Shown here: positions 13,850 through 28,555 of the stretch, one piece after another | Layout of the letters: each line of letters begins with the position of its first letter | Position numbering within the stretch: position 1 is the stretch's first letter | Assembly (NCBI GenBank): GCA_043228905.1 | Contig: JBHGNT010000007.1 | Span: 5,518,001 to 5,582,000 of the forward strand | DNA from: Azolla caroliniana | Taxonomy: Eukaryota; Plantae; Polypodiophyta | Direction of reading: 5' to 3' | DNA: 64,000 nucleotides | Made by a program: the position numbers and the translations under genes | The notes under the pieces: model-generated | Told to the model about the DNA's origin: nothing | Databases searched by the model: none | Seen by the model: the letters and a program-made list of their open reading frames with translations, nothing else

Positions 13850-14800
13850 CATAAATTAGAATAAAAAGTACTCAAACATAAAACCTATGTAGGGACCAAT
13901 AATGGGTTGTGTAATATTTATTATAAGACAATCATTAACTTTTCAAAGGGCAAACAATGATTGCACACAATATGAGGTGCTAAGAATCCTTGCATAAATG
14001 TTTTTTCTTGTGTCTTAGTAATATATGTTAAGTGTCACATTTGTGTCTCCACTCAAATTAAGTGTTAATTAAGTATAATTGTATAAGTAATATTAATCAT
14101 TTGTGTGTCTTTGAAAGTGTCTCCTAGCACCTCGGGGTTGTACCAATGTATGTATATCTTTAATTCCTCTCCTCTCATGGGAGCTAGTTTCTTAAAATGT
14201 AACTACAGTCTCTCGTTAGTGGAGTTAATCACAATTGTTTATGGCAACATTACAAATGCACAACTAGCAATGGGATCCCTACCTCGATATAGCCACCACC
14301 TAATTGAGCCAAATACATGCATGATCAATGTTGATACTTGCGACTATCTAAGCCCCATTAATGATGGCCAAACAATAAAAGGCCTATTTAACCGTACAAT
14401 TAGCAATGTCATTTTCCATTCAAATTTATTTATTTTGGGTTTGTTTGTGACAATGAGATTGTCCCACCCGCACTCCATGTGTTATTTGTTTAGGGAGGGG
14501 CATATAAATTTTGATAGGGGGGACGTAATTTTAGATAGAAAGTACTCAAACATAAGCTCTATGTAGGGACCCAGTTATGGGTCAAGTGATACTTATTATA
14601 AGCTCTAAATGTAGGGGCCTAAGTAGAGGCAAGCAATTATTCCATGAAGTCTTGAGCAATGAGAATCTTTATATAAATATTTGTAACAAGTTTGAAGAAG
14701 GTTGAGATAAGTAAGTGTATCACTCCTATACTATTGTGTATCATCTCTACTTCCACTTAGATTAAGTGTTAATAAGTATAATTATGTATGAGAATTAAGC
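13850..14800. repeat. Two diverged ~240-bp direct repeats (about 13850-14095 and 14525-14800), probably old LTR remnants
   Basis: Shared aagtactcaaacataa..ctatgtagggacc..ttattataag..attaagtgttaat(t)aagtataatt. The second copy is preceded by the purine tract gatagggggga. Confidence 0.45.
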
Positions 14801-15596
14801 AACTCGAAATGATTCCTTCCTCATATTCAACGTTTTACTAGTAACTATGGTATTTCCTTCCTCATATTCAACATTTTAGTAGTAACTATGGCATTTCTCA
14901 TGCATTTATATGCAGCAAAAGGTGGCATGTGACCAACTGTTGTTAAATAGATGCAATGTTTTGGTGGTGCCCATCCCCACAAATGATGCATTGTTGGATA
15001 TACAAGTTATCTTGTCACATGCTATTTAGGATCTTGTGATGTCTAATTATCAATTGCCTTGTTTAGAAACTACATAATCATAATTCATGTTAATCCCATT
15101 AACTCTTCATTTGGGTTACCAACCTTCAAGCTCGATTAAATGTGATCTACTATGAGTTTGATGGCAACTTCACATTGATCCACAAGTAGCGATTTTAAAA
15201 ATATTTGAGAGATCGTGCAATCTTGCTTGGAGAAGTGAGATAGGCACTATGAATGTCTTTTGTATTCAATAATTCATGTGAAGGTTGGCTAGGTTTTGGA
15301 ACAAGGCAATGTTTGTTGCCACTTAGATTACCGAATTAGTGTTCATGTTTCATCCTCACAAAGTTTGATTTAGATTACCAAATTAGATGTTGAGTGCCAT
15401 CCTTGAAAAAATGTAATTGGAACTCCTAAGCTTGTTTTTTTGCTACTCAACTCAAAGTGGTACAAACAATAATGATGTTTTCATCATTTTTGCCATTTCT
15501 ACCATATGGATGAAGAAACCATCTCATTGATTAGTTCTCCCACTAATGTATACATTATGGAAGAACGAGTCAATGCTAGGAATGATTTGTCTTTCG

Positions 15597-15990
15597 TAGT
15601 GTAATATTTGCAACCTAAAGCATTTAGGGGGAGTAGATGTATATGGTCACTCAAAGATTCAATTTCTTAAAAAGGTATAAATATCGAAACTCAACCATCT
15701 AGTGTAATATTTGCAACCTAAAGCATTTAGGGGGAGTATATGTATATGGTCACTCAAAGATTCAATTTCTTAAAAAGGTATAAATATCGAAACTCAACCA
15801 TCTAGAAGGTATATGAACCTAGTTCACATGGTTTTGAATGTGATGATCTTCCTACATAGCATAAAACAACATCAAAGATTCAACTTCTTAAAAAGGTATA
15901 AATGTCGGAACTCAACCATCTAGAAGGTATATGAACTTAGTTCACATAGTTTTGAATGTGATGATCTTCCTACGTAGCATAAAACAACAT
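15597..15990. repeat. Overlapping tandem duplications (periods about 103 and 118 bp)
   Basis: tagtgtaatatttgcaacc.. at 15597 and 15700; tcaaagattcaa..aaaacaacat at about 15754 and 15872. Confidence 0.85.
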
Positions 15991-18900
15991 TTTACACAAT
16001 TATCAAGCCAAGCTTCATCATTTAATTGAATTCAGACTTGGGCATTCTTTTCCATCTGAGTGAAAATAACCTCTCCTGGTAAAGACTTACGGTGTTGTTT
16101 GCAATCTAATGATTGCTACTTGACCAATCTCAATCATCTTTTCCATGTGAAAACTAAGTGTTGAACCGTATTACAAAATTAAGCATTTAAATGCCCAAGA
16201 AACAAGCCATTGTGGAGCATCAATCCTTGTTTTAATGTGGACATCTGATCTTTATCTCAAAACTACATATTTTGTCATCAATAATGAGCTTGCCTACATC
16301 TCTCGTGACATTTCGTAACAATGGAAAATTGGTTATTCAATAACAAGAATTTGTTACTCACCAAGCACACCAATTAAAAGCATTTTAGTGAAAATAATAA
16401 TAACACTTAGGAGTGGCCTCTTTTAGCATCTCCCAAAGTTTCTTGTATCAAGAGTACTTTTTGCATGTAGTAAAGTAATCTTGAAATTTATTAGGTATCA
16501 AGTACATATAGTGACACAATAAGTTAAATAACACTTCACCGAATTAATGACATGCTTAAACAATTTGTTGATTACTTAATCATTATTTAGAATTACCATG
16601 GTAGACTTATACAGAAAAAATATAATCCATGAGATTAAAGATGTAATGTAAGGACCATCATTTGATACTTACCATAATTTTGATGGGCACATTTCACCAA
16701 TTTGATAATGTTGTGGTTCAAAACATACTTCATTTGCAACGAGAATAAAACATTGTTCACATGAGATGACAACTAATAGGTCACCCTTTGAAGTCATGTT
16801 AACCCATCTTCATTGCATGAATAGTCATCATAGTCATTTCGAGAAAACTTGATAAAGCAGAAAATATTATTTTAAGGAACCCAAACTATTTAAAAGTGTA
16901 ATAAGTGATGTTTTGGCACTTTGGTAATTGATGAGTTTATCACATTACATTGCATGGATATATGTCAATCAACGTGAGAGACTTGATGACTTAAATCAAC
17001 TTTTAAAGGACTTGCTAATTCTAAACCACATGATAACATGACCTTGACTTTCCTCTCAACCATCCAATATCTACTCATATTTCCTCATACCCTATCTCTT
17101 TTCCTACGTTTCACACATGGGGCGACATACTGACCCCTACATCTTTGTATCAATGTATGCTTGACACGTTTAGACTTAGTCCTCACAGAGTTAATGTAGG
17201 AAAACAAAATGGTACTATGAACAAATCACATCATATGAAATTTCTTTAGAAATTTTGAGTTTTGAAACAATAACCTAGACTATGGGAATGATCAATCAGT
17301 GATATAGTGTTGAGGATAAAGTGGCATACATTATCATGTCAATATATTAGCAACCATACATCACCAAAAGAGCCACTATTAGCGTTCCTAGTCTCAATTT
17401 CATAAAATTCTATTAAAAATCAAAGTTAGAATCAAGAGAAGAAAGGCAAGAATGCATGATGTTACAAGCATGACCATATAATATCCCGTGACCGTGGTAA
17501 GATTGTACTGTAGTATTTTATACATGTGGATAAAGTACTACGGTACAATCTTACCACGGGATATTATATGGGCATGCCCGTAACACATGACATCGCAAAA
17601 TGGAATTGCAGCATGATACAAATAGGTCAAGGTTCAATAACAACCACAAGAATGGGAAGAATGAGTGAGGTGGCTGAAGGAAAATTTTGGCCGTGTAGGT
17701 AAAGAGAGGCAAGAGAATGTGTGATATTAATTTCAACTATTCCTTAACCATTTGAAATGATGGTATTGTGCAACTCTCATATGTCAATTGTCTTTTTACA
17801 ACTTGTTGTGTACAATATATCAACACGTGATGATATATGGGAGTTATACCGAAAATAGATTACCATGCATCCACACACAAAAAATGTAAACGACATCAAC
17901 ATATACCAATGATCTCTTATTGAGAAAACTAGTGGGCATGTTGAAACTTTGAGCCAAGTTTTATCGAGCCCAAACTATCAAAAGATGTTGAACCTCTTTA
18001 ACCAAAATTTGTCCAGCTCTACCTATGAGCCTATTGACATCTTTAACCTCAAATCCAAAAAGTGCTAACCTGAAAATCTAAGCCTATGAACTACTTCAAC
18101 CTCTAAATTAATGACATTGTTGGGGATTTTGAATGTGGTCCAAGGTATGATGTTGTATCAAGCCGCATAGAAAAGAGGTCATCCCAAATATCTTAAGTTT
18201 ATCAAGTATGTATGTCAAAATCAATTCGGGATGGGTTAGTCATTCATATGGTACAAATGAGGTTATATGATGAGTATTATCGACCATAGACCTATTTGAT
18301 GCGACAAAAGGCTTCAAATATTGAATGAGTGCAAGAGATTAGGCTAGCAAAATGATGACAAATTGCATTGTTCCCACAAGAAATTAGGATGTCAGTTTTT
18401 TCACTTCGTCAATGCATGCACATTAACAATTTAGTTTCTTAGAATGTAACTTGTTTCAACATCATAAGAAGGCTCGAGCGCATACACATTGACTTGTTTC
18501 ATGTAATCCCCTTATTTGATGCTTATAGATGTTTTAGCTTGATATTCATCTATACCATTCACATGTAGAGACTTGCACTTTGTCCACAAGGGTTTGTATT
18601 TGTACATTGTTTATCCATATTAGCTTGTGCACACATATATGTACACTAAAAATATAGCTTCAAATAATTTCATATTTAGACACTAGAAAGAAGTTAGGTT
18701 CACATTTATCAATTGGTTCATGAGTCCATAGCATTATATTATGGCTACGCATGTTGTGCATACACATCATAACAATACAGTATACTACCCATGTGGCACT
18801 TAATTGATATTCCATAGACTCGAATAGACATATAAAAGTAGAACATAAAAATATCTACATTTTCTAGAAAATGCATAACTATAATATCATGATATTAACA

Positions 18901-21900
18901 AATGACACATGAATGTATTGTCCAACTTTCATATAGCTCAAGCAACGTTAGAAATCCACATTACATGGGGCTTTTTAAGGACCGCATGCTCATCTTCATT
19001 TCTTCGTCACCACCATCCTAATTAATCTCATATAATGCAAAAGATATGTCATTATCTTTGTTTTATATATCTGGCACTTTTATACAATTTCATTATCTTT
19101 ATTTTGTGTGTTGTGCTTTACATGTTGCCCCACTAGAAAGTGCAAGAATTCTACGTATGATGGAACTGCTCAATTTAAATGCATTATTATTGTGACCATT
19201 AAGATTGGTAAATAATATTGTCAAAAAACTTCTTAATATATTTGTTATAAGTCTCGACTCTCCCATGCTTGAAATTCTACATGTTCTTGTTGGGGTTCTT
19301 GTTTGGTGAGGCTAGATGATCATTTATTGATGTTTAGAAATCGGTGTGTTTTCATCGTAAATGTGACATTGGTTTTCATGGAATTAGGTGCTCCGGATGT
19401 CTTGATCTTTCAACATTGATAATAACATACAAAAGAACATGACACACTAAGTTAATCTAAAGGTAATCTAGATTTGGAATTGCATTGGGAGACACTCACG
19501 ATGACAATGGATTTTATATATTCATGGCATGCCAATATGAGGATAGGCTCTCTTCCAAGTCTCAAATTGCACTACTTAAGTGCATGACTCCACGTTCACA
19601 TCATTGCAATCATTGTAATGTGCTTACAACTACTAGAGTAAGAACTATTTTCTCTTCCATGTGCCCTTCCCATGCTAAATGGTAAATTTTGCAACAAAGA
19701 ACTCCACCGCCTCAAGGAATCATTGAAGCACTCCTCCTAAATTGGTGGTGGTGGTGGTGATCATGAGACAAAAGAAGCTTCATTTTCAAGTGATTTCCCA
19801 CGATGTGCACTAGTGGGGCCAAAAGCTAAAACATGGAAAGATAGGGACAAGAATATATTGAATTCGGAAAAGATGATGTGACAGTGTTATAAAAGACATA
19901 CAATTATAAATCAATATATCTTTCCATGCTTCAGTATTTCCACATAAATTTCCACATAAATAAACATAAGAGACAATCCTAATGTACATGCAAATAGAGT
20001 TTAGCAGATAATTGCAAGAAGTTACATGCATGTGGTAGCCCCGGCCCTACCCATGTGCCACACAAACTTTTGTATTGATAAAAGGAAAATGATGTATAAA
20101 CTTTACAAGGTTCATATGTAAAAAACATATGGCTTTTTTGCATACACATCACATAAAGAAGGAATAATAAAGTGCTTGAAAACAAACTCTAAAGTAGGAG
20201 ACAAAGAGCCACAAATGTGAAGGCATACATGGACTATATCAAGCTAAGAGCATTTTAAAGGAAAGCATGCTTACGCTCTTGTTGTTCCTTTATTTGAAGA
20301 CTGAAGGGGCCTATAAATTTGCTAGTTATTCTCATTTTCAGGCATGGTCGACTATGTCCTCGTCCCAAATTCTATCGTTCTACTTTATAATTATGTGGAT
20401 GGTGTATTGTTTCCCTTTTCTTTTTCTATAATTTTCAAGGTAGAATGGAAGTCACCCGAAATCCATCGTTCCGCTTGCTTTATAATTATGGTGGTGTGTT
20501 GCTTCCCTTTTCCATAATTTTCAAACTCGGATGGGATGATATTAGAACCCACTCAACTTTAAACTTTTCATGAAAAAGTGAGAGGAAAGAGTGCATGGTG
20601 GGTCAGGTCTTTGATGAGAGTGTGTATATATTAACGCACGTGTTTGTGGGGAAAGATGTTCATCAAGGGTTTTTGAGAGAAAAAACACAAGTCCCATCGA
20701 CACGTCGAGAAATAACTAATACACAAGATTCATAGAAAGGCCATTTATGTATTTATTAGACCTAGATTGGTAGCTCTTTTATCCTTCATGGATGGTTTTA
20801 AATTAAGCTTCACTATGGGTAGGTCCACTATAAGTGGGATATATACTAAGCATCTATTGATCGACAAGTAATATTTCCACATTGGGATTTTCACAAAGAG
20901 AAGGAAAAGTATGTCAGGAATACATTTGACATGGCTGATTTGTAGGGTCATTTGCTAATCCTAAAACCCAAATGTATTTATATTTGTTCCATGGGCACAT
21001 CTAGAGCATTCACGAGACCCACAATTGATACGACCAAATGTACTTATGGTTGTCAAGACTGCAATTTTCGCAAAGGCTAGTTGACAATTTTAAAGATAGT
21101 CCTTTGACATGTGACATGAGGGGATATGTGTAGTAAATCCTCTTCATTTCACATACATACACTTGTAACCCATACAAACAAAGTGTGTCTATGCTACAAC
21201 TTCCAAATAGAAATGAACATAAACAATAATAGTCCTACATCTAGTAGGGGGTTCCCACTAGGTGGGATTCAACATCCCTAATATGAGCAATATTTTCTTC
21301 CTACATAAATATTAGTCAACATTCTCATTGACTTCACCAAAAAGGTCAAAAAGCACAAGGGAACATGTACCTAACACAACCCTATGGAGTTTACATGTAG
21401 GGGCAAGGTTGACCCATACAGATTGGAACACTCAAGCTTCATTTGAGATGAGTTGAATGTTTGTGATTCTCTTCGAATCTCGACTTAGAGTATTGAAATC
21501 TCAACATTTATTCTAAATGTAGGGTTCTCAATGGCAAAGTATCAAGATGATATATGGAAATCCATTCGACATGTCATGTAAAGAGGTGAAAATATCATTA
21601 ACAAAATGAGCAAAGGGAGATTAGACAAATAAATATGAGTATGCAAGTCCCAAGGTTTGAATACGACGGGGGGGGGGGGGGGGGGGGGGGGTGGATAGAC
21701 TAAGGTTTGTTGAAGAAGATCTATGACTTGATCTAAGATATGAAGCTAACGTGTTACATTTGAAATTCATAAGACATCTTCGAGCACATAGTTTATAGGC
21801 CATGTGAGATATTTTTTTACCACAAGAAGATTGCCATCTTTTTCACTCCATTGTGAAATAATAATGAATATTGTGGGAGTTGAAACATCGACAAAATAAG

Positions 21901-23259
21901 GCACGATGAGATTCAAAAAGTGACAACAAATTCTTTGCACTTTACACATGTAGAAAGGAATCTCTTTTTCTATGTAAAATATAATGAAGCAATCTAACAA
22001 CGCAAAACAAAACACTAAGCTTGTAATAATTTTGTGGGAGGTACAAACATGGCACTCAAACTAGATTGCTACAATATTTGTGCTAAGTTGTGATGTATGA
22101 TTGCCACATACTCATTCATAACATGTGGTCGAAGTTCGAATTAGAAAAGATGAATTGGCTAGGAGGGGTAGCGATAAGGTGCAATAAATTTTAAAGGAAA
22201 TTTGTATCATGCTCTTAAGTGTGTTGCGGGCATTTTGTTTTGGTAGGCATTGGTATTTTATCTCTCCCATGAAATGCATCACTTCCCATTACAATACACA
22301 TGATGTCATAGGTGACACAAATTTAAGAGAGCAGCGAGTTATTGTTTGGGTTTAGGTCGAAATTCTAGACATGATAGAATCCAACACTCATCTTGGTCTT
22401 TCAAATTTTTTTGTTTTAAAATTGATAAGAATCACAACATTCAGAGGAATGGTTGTCTTGATGTCGAGCGAGGGATCCACTAGAAGACCAACTACATCAA
22501 CATGAACATAGTGTACATGAAAATTAATGTGAGGTCACCCCATCAACACATTATGTGTGCCACATAAACATGTGGTATGTCATGGGTTGCTAACAAGTAC
22601 ACCATAATACTTGTTACGTAGGTCAACTCTATTTGGGATGTGGCCCATTGAAGACGATTCTCTTGGTTTGTTAATATAATCACACTCTCTTAGGTTTTTA
22701 TCATGAAGAATGGTTGTGTAAACTACTTCTTGGAATAAAAGTATCACCTCATAGCTACTTCTTCGAATAAAAGCTAACTTGTTGCGCACGTGAGACAAGT
22801 TATGTGTCCACAATGCGGGATAGTAGTTTGAAATACTCTCAAGTTTCTATTTTTCCAAGATGATAGTCTAACTTCTTTGTTGGAACATTTATCTCCTCAC
22901 ATCTTGCCACATTACTAATGTGTAGAAGACAAAGAAACATGCATTAGCGAAGGCAATTCGCACAAGCAAAAACTAGATCAATTGATGAACTTAATATGAG
23001 AAAAACAACATTCTTCTGTGGGCGTGGGGGGGGGGTAGGGGAGGGGACACCTCAACATCCTACAAGAGAGGGTACATGGCGAGATGCACTTCAAGCAAAG
23101 TCGACGAGATAAGCACAAATCAATCTATTGATGCAAACTAATGTGAACACACTAGGGAAGGGGAACGTCTGGGGAGGGGGTAGAAGTAGACAAGCTTGAA
23201 GAAGAAGAAGAAGAAGAAGACAAACACCAAAACTTGAAAGGTGACCCGAAGAATATGCC

Positions 23260-23321
<62 letters not shown>

Positions 23322-25071
23322 TGGGGTACAAATAATGTGTGGGGTCCTCAAGGTGTAATGGACCTTCATTTTTATTATTTACCACGAGGAGCATGAGAAT
23401 CTAAGGAATTGAGGGGAGATATGATGATTCCATCCAATCTTTGATTGAGGATGCCACAAAAAAAATCAAAAGAAAGGAAGCTTTTGGGTGGGTATTCCTC
23501 TCACCTCTGACTCTTCTTCTAAGTGTTCCATATACATATGTATCTCTACATCTACATATATTCAGAAGTAACAAAAATTGGAGTGTAAAGAGAGCAACCC
23601 ACCACCTCCTCCACACCCAAAGAAGACTATATCTACATACATACATATATGTACATAACTAGCTTTTCCTCTTTTTTGCCTTTTGCCTTTTGCTTTTTGT
23701 TCCCTCCCTCACACCCTTACTTGTCTTTTTTCTTCTTTCTTTTCTTCTTTTCTTTAAGAAAAATTTCTCCTTTCTTTGTTTTTCTCTTTAAACTTAAAAC
23801 TTTTGGCTTACTTTAATTTTTGTTTCACTATGGTGTCTTTTTCTTCTTTTCTTCTTCTTCTTCTTCTACTCCTTTTTCTTCTTTTGTTGGCCTTTTGTCC
23901 TCAATTGCGGGACCCACCATGGATACTATTAGTATTATTATTTAATAGCTAATAGTCCAAAAATATAAATAAAGAAGAATATGGGGGCCCTCTGCTAATC
24001 CATGGACTTCTATCTAAATCCTCCACTAAGCACACACATCCATGATACCCTGTGAAAAGTTTAATCCACCACAGTACCTCCACTACTAAAATCCTACAAA
24101 TAGCAAAGACAACACCAAAGGCACTCAAACACTCATAAATGATAGTAAATTTATTATGAAAAAAGGAAGAGATTAATACCAAAGTATGATCCAAAATGGG
24201 AATAATGCTTAAGAACATTAAAAAAAGAGAGAAAAGAATATAGGTGAGATCTATTTGTTAATTAAAGATGATTAAATATAGGCATAAATAAATGCTGGCC
24301 AAAGGGTTGGCTTATTATAAAAAGAGATGAAAAAAAAAAACAAAGTACAAAAAAGGAGGAAAAAAAAAAACTTATTAAGTGAGTGTGTGATTGGAATTAA
24401 AGAAAACAAATCTAAAGAAGAAGAAGAAGAAGAAGAAGAAGAAGAAGAAGAAAAGGGAAAGCTTTTGAGTTTATTCTTTTATGTTTATTTTGTTCTTTTG
24501 TCTACATATGATTAATTGTTAATATATATATATATATATAATATTATTGTGATGATTATTTCTTATTTCCTAGGGGAGTAAACTAGTAAAGAAAGGGGGG
24601 AGAGAGAGAGAGAGAGAGAGTAAAATTGTATGAAATTATGAATTTGACCATTTCCTTGCTATAGCACTAACTGAATATATGTTGTATATGTGCCATGTGG
24701 GGTGGATGGGGTGGGGTCTGTGGGGTTTCCATGGCCATGCCACGCCATGCAATACAAAGGTCATGCCATGCCCTTCTTCTCCCTCAAATAATAGACCCCC
24801 CCCCCCCCCCCCCGGGGGCACCCTACCATGACCCATACCATGACCCATAACCAATAGAGTCCATAGCCATAGCCATAGCCATAGAGCTATACCCCTCCCA
24901 TTGGACCCTCCTCTTCCTCTTCCTCTTCCTGCACTTTGCTTCTTCCCTCCCTTTTCTTTCTCATTTCTCTCTTTCTCTTTCTCTTTTTCTCTTTCTCTTC
25001 TAGACTGATGAGATCTCTCTCTCTCTCTTTCCTTCCTTCCTCTATACAAACCCCCAATCCCCCTACTGTTA

Positions 25072-27180
25072 ATGGAGGTTTCAGAGCACCGCCACCACCA
25101 TAGCCACCGCCATCATGACGCCGCCGCCACCGCCACCGCTAATGTCAGCGCCGCCGCCACTAACAACAACATCAGTATAATGACCTCCTCCATCTCCGCC
25201 TCCACCTCCTCCGCTGCCGCCTCTACCACCCCTCACCATCACCATCAAACCCATCAAACCTCTAACAGCCTCACTATCGACGCCTCGCTCGCCATCGCCA
25301 TACCTAACCCTAGCGCCACCACTAGCCACCACCACCACCACAACCACAACAACAACAACAACAACAACAACTTCCATAGTAGTAGCAGTAATAGTAGCAA
25401 CCATATCCCTGTGCTTGGCTTCATTACCACCACCACCACCGCTAACTCTCCTTCCGCCGCCGCCGCCGCCACCTTGAATCATGATCTGCTCAGCCATGAC
25501 CTGCTGCTCTCCAATGGCAACCCCGGCGGCGGCGGCGGCATCGCCAACTCCAGGTTGCTGACCAATGCCAACACCACCTCTACCTTGGCCAAGGCCTCCT
25601 CCTCCGCCTCCGCCTCTGCCTCCGCCTCCGCCAATCCTGCGTCGGCCCCGCCCAAGCGTAGCTCCACCAAGGACCGCCACACCAAGGTGGACGGGCGCGG
25701 CCGCCGCATCCGCATGCCCGCCGCCTGCGCCGCCCGCATCTTCCAGCTCACCCGCGAGCTCGGCCACAAGTCGGACGGCGAGACGGTGGAGTGGCTGCTC
25801 CACCACGCCGAGCACGCCGTCATCGCCGCCACCGGCACCGGCACCATCCCGGCCTCCTTCCAGACCTCCGGCGGCTCCATGCGATCCACCTCCTCCAGCC
25901 TCTCCGCCCCGCTGCACACCCGGATCATCAATAACCTGCTCCCGCCTCTCCATCCCGCCTTCCCAACCAATCACCTGCTCACCCACGCCTCCGCCGCCGG
26001 ATCCGGCTCGCTCGGCGCGTTGTCGGTTCTGGGCGGCCGATCCGATCACCACGCCAATATGGCCGCGGCGGCGGCGATGCAGGAGAGATCATCGGCACGC
26101 ACTGCCGCCGCCGACTTGTCGTCGACGCCGTCCTGGGATCAGATGCAGCAGGCCGGCCGATCGGTGGCCTTATCCATAGGGGGTGGCGACCACCATCAGC
26201 AGCAGCAGCTCCACAGCATGTCGCTAGGGCAAGCGCTGCAGGAGCCTATCATGCCGCGATCTTCCGGCAGCTTCCAGCAGCAGCACCACCATGACAGTGC
26301 GCTGAACATGGGCGGCGGCGGCGGCGGAGGAGGAGGAGATCCCAATCCAGGAGACGGCATGGGCCGCGATCATTCGAGCGCCGCCGCTGCCGCCACTGTC
26401 TCGGAGTCGAGGAAGAGATCGCGGGGATCTAGCGCTAACAACAGCAGCCTGAGCGTGGTGAAGGAGGATCCACAGGCTCAGCACGGCCATGGGGAGCCCA
26501 CCCGATCGTTGCTTCCGCCCAGCGTAAACATGTCCGCCACCGCCAGCGCGTCCAGATCCTCCCCGCTCACTCACAGTACTCACGCGGCGGCGGCGGCGAC
26601 GACGACGACCTCAAATCTGATGCCCATGTGGGCGGTGGGCCCAGCTGGTACCCCGGCCAATCTCAACGCGGGTCTCGTGCCGGTGCCACCAGCCTTCTGG
26701 ATGCTCCCGGTGGCCGCGGGCGGGTCCGGCACGTCGGGGCCGGGGTCAAATATGTACCCGGGAGTGTCTCACCTCCACGGGGCGATGCCGATGGGCGTGG
26801 CAGGGGGTCCCATATCCTCCGCCCACGAGCCAATTTGGACGTTCCCGACCTCGGCAGGCGGGGTCCCAAACGGGGCCGTGTATCGGATGGCCACAGGAGC
26901 GGGGCCGGGCCCCGATTCGGAGGCAGATAACAGCAACAATCCATCAGCAACGGCAATGGCAGGTGTGAACACGGCGATGGTGCCGATAATGCCGGGACCG
27001 GGGGCAGGTGTCACGTTCATGCACCGGCTGGGGGGGATGGGGTATCATCCTCATCATCACGAAATGCCGGGTCCGGCTGCTGCGTATGGGCACATGGTGT
27101 CGGGCGGGGGTGTCGTGCTACCATCCATGGTGTCGGGGCTAGGCCTAGACACTTGGGTATGCTTGCATCTTTCAATATGA
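25072..27180 (+). CDS. TCP: Class I (PCF-type) TCP transcription factor, 702 aa as read; true C-terminus probably in another frame ending at 27329
   Basis: TCP domain [67 protein letters not shown] with the class I signature. Also PMWAV, AFWMLPV and IWTFP motifs, long His/Ala/Asn/Gly runs, and a GC-rich island. Confidence 0.95.
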   Translation: MEVSEHRHHHSHRHHDAAATATANVSAAATNNNISIMTSSISASTSSAAASTTPHHHHQTHQTSNSLTIDASLAIAIPNPSATTSHHHHHNHNNNNNNNNFHSSSSNSSNHIPVLGFITTTTTANSPSAAAAATLNHDLLSHDLLLSNGNPGGGGGIANSRLLTNANTTSTLAKASSSASASASASANPASAPPKRSSTKDRHTKVDGRGRRIRMPAACAARIFQLTRELGHKSDGETVEWLLHHAEHAVIAATGTGTIPASFQTSGGSMRSTSSSLSAPLHTRIINNLLPPLHPAFPTNHLLTHASAAGSGSLGALSVLGGRSDHHANMAAAAAMQERSSARTAAADLSSTPSWDQMQQAGRSVALSIGGGDHHQQQQLHSMSLGQALQEPIMPRSSGSFQQQHHHDSALNMGGGGGGGGGDPNPGDGMGRDHSSAAAAATVSESRKRSRGSSANNSSLSVVKEDPQAQHGHGEPTRSLLPPSVNMSATASASRSSPLTHSTHAAAAATTTTSNLMPMWAVGPAGTPANLNAGLVPVPPAFWMLPVAAGGSGTSGPGSNMYPGVSHLHGAMPMGVAGGPISSAHEPIWTFPTSAGGVPNGAVYRMATGAGPGPDSEADNSNNPSATAMAGVNTAMVPIMPGPGAGVTFMHRLGGMGYHPHHHEMPGPAAAYGHMVSGGGVVLPSMVSGLGLDTWVCLHLSI

Positions 27181-28388
27181 ATAATGCATATAACAGCAAT
27201 AACAATAATAGGTCACAGAATTCATCTGCCACCGCTACCACTACCACTGCATCTGGTGGAGGAGGAGCAGGTGGATCAGGTGGAGGAGGAGGATCAAATC
27301 AAGACCCATCATCAGGCAGCCCTCAATAAATTTGGATAAATTTGTATACTAAGAATAGGATAGAGATCAAAAAATGGATGAATTTACTACTAGAGGATGA
27401 ATTATTATTTTTTTGAAGGGGGGGGGGGGGGTGGGTGGGGGGGGCTCACAACTACCATTACCACCATCACAAAATCAAATCTAAGTACTAATTCTTTTTT
27501 AATCTCTGTCATCTTCCCCCTTCCCTCTTTTGATCTCCCCCCACTCTAATCTGTCTTTGTATCACTAGCATTCAATTATTGCTATTCCCATTGTATTTAT
27601 GAGATAATAATACCTAATTCTTATAACATTTATATATATATATATATATATATTAAATTTTATAGATATAGATATATCATATACATAATTATATTCACTT
27701 TGAGCCCTTCAAAATTGTTTGTCAAGTGATCAAATCACTCACATTCTTCACAATAACTCTTGCAAATTTTATCCGATGCGAACTATATGCTGCTATTTCT
27801 TTCTTTATAACATGCTCTTTCTTTCTGTTCCTTTTTTTTGCATCACTCTAATGTCTCTCTCTGTGCCTCTTATTCTGTTAATCTAGTCTCCACCTGTTTG
27901 CTAATCCCATCTCGTTGTGATCAATCTACTTAATCGATTCTTCCATGGCAATCTATTTCAATGATTGGTCAGGATTGATTTCTGGTATATGCTAATCTAT
28001 CACCACGATCTCTCAGGATTGGTTTCTGGTGTTTTGTAATCCCTAAGATTCATTACATATAAGCTAGAATGGAATGGAGTGGAGGCGATTAAATTTAGTG
28101 AAGCTAATAAGCAGCACCACTAAATTTAGGGATGGATCAAGTGATTCTCACTCACTCACTCATTCATTCGTTCAGTCATTATTAGAGGGAGATAGGTGTG
28201 TGTGTGAGAGAGCTCGCTATAGACACCCCACCATCACCACCGCTAGAATTGGCCACCATCACCAGAATGCATAAATGACGTAGAGAAAGAGACCTTGTGA
28301 ATAATAATTAAAAGGGGTGTTTGTGTGTGTAATATGAGTAGATAGATAGATAGGTAGTAGGGCCAATCTAAAATGGTGGGTCAAAAGT

Positions 28389-28433
<45 letters not shown>

Positions 28434-28498
28434 GTCTTTTGGCTTTTCTAAGAGACAAGAGAGAAAATGAAGAGAGAGATGAAGGCTTTTGGGTCTTC

Positions 28499-28555
<57 letters not shown>

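Noticed and set aside
14105-14566. 153-aa ORF
   Set aside because: Non-ATG start, no motif, and it lies between degenerate repeats.
25081-26052. 323-aa antisense ORF and other long alternative-frame ORFs over the TCP gene
   Set aside because: Expected by-products of very high GC and trinucleotide-repeat codons; no recognisable domain.
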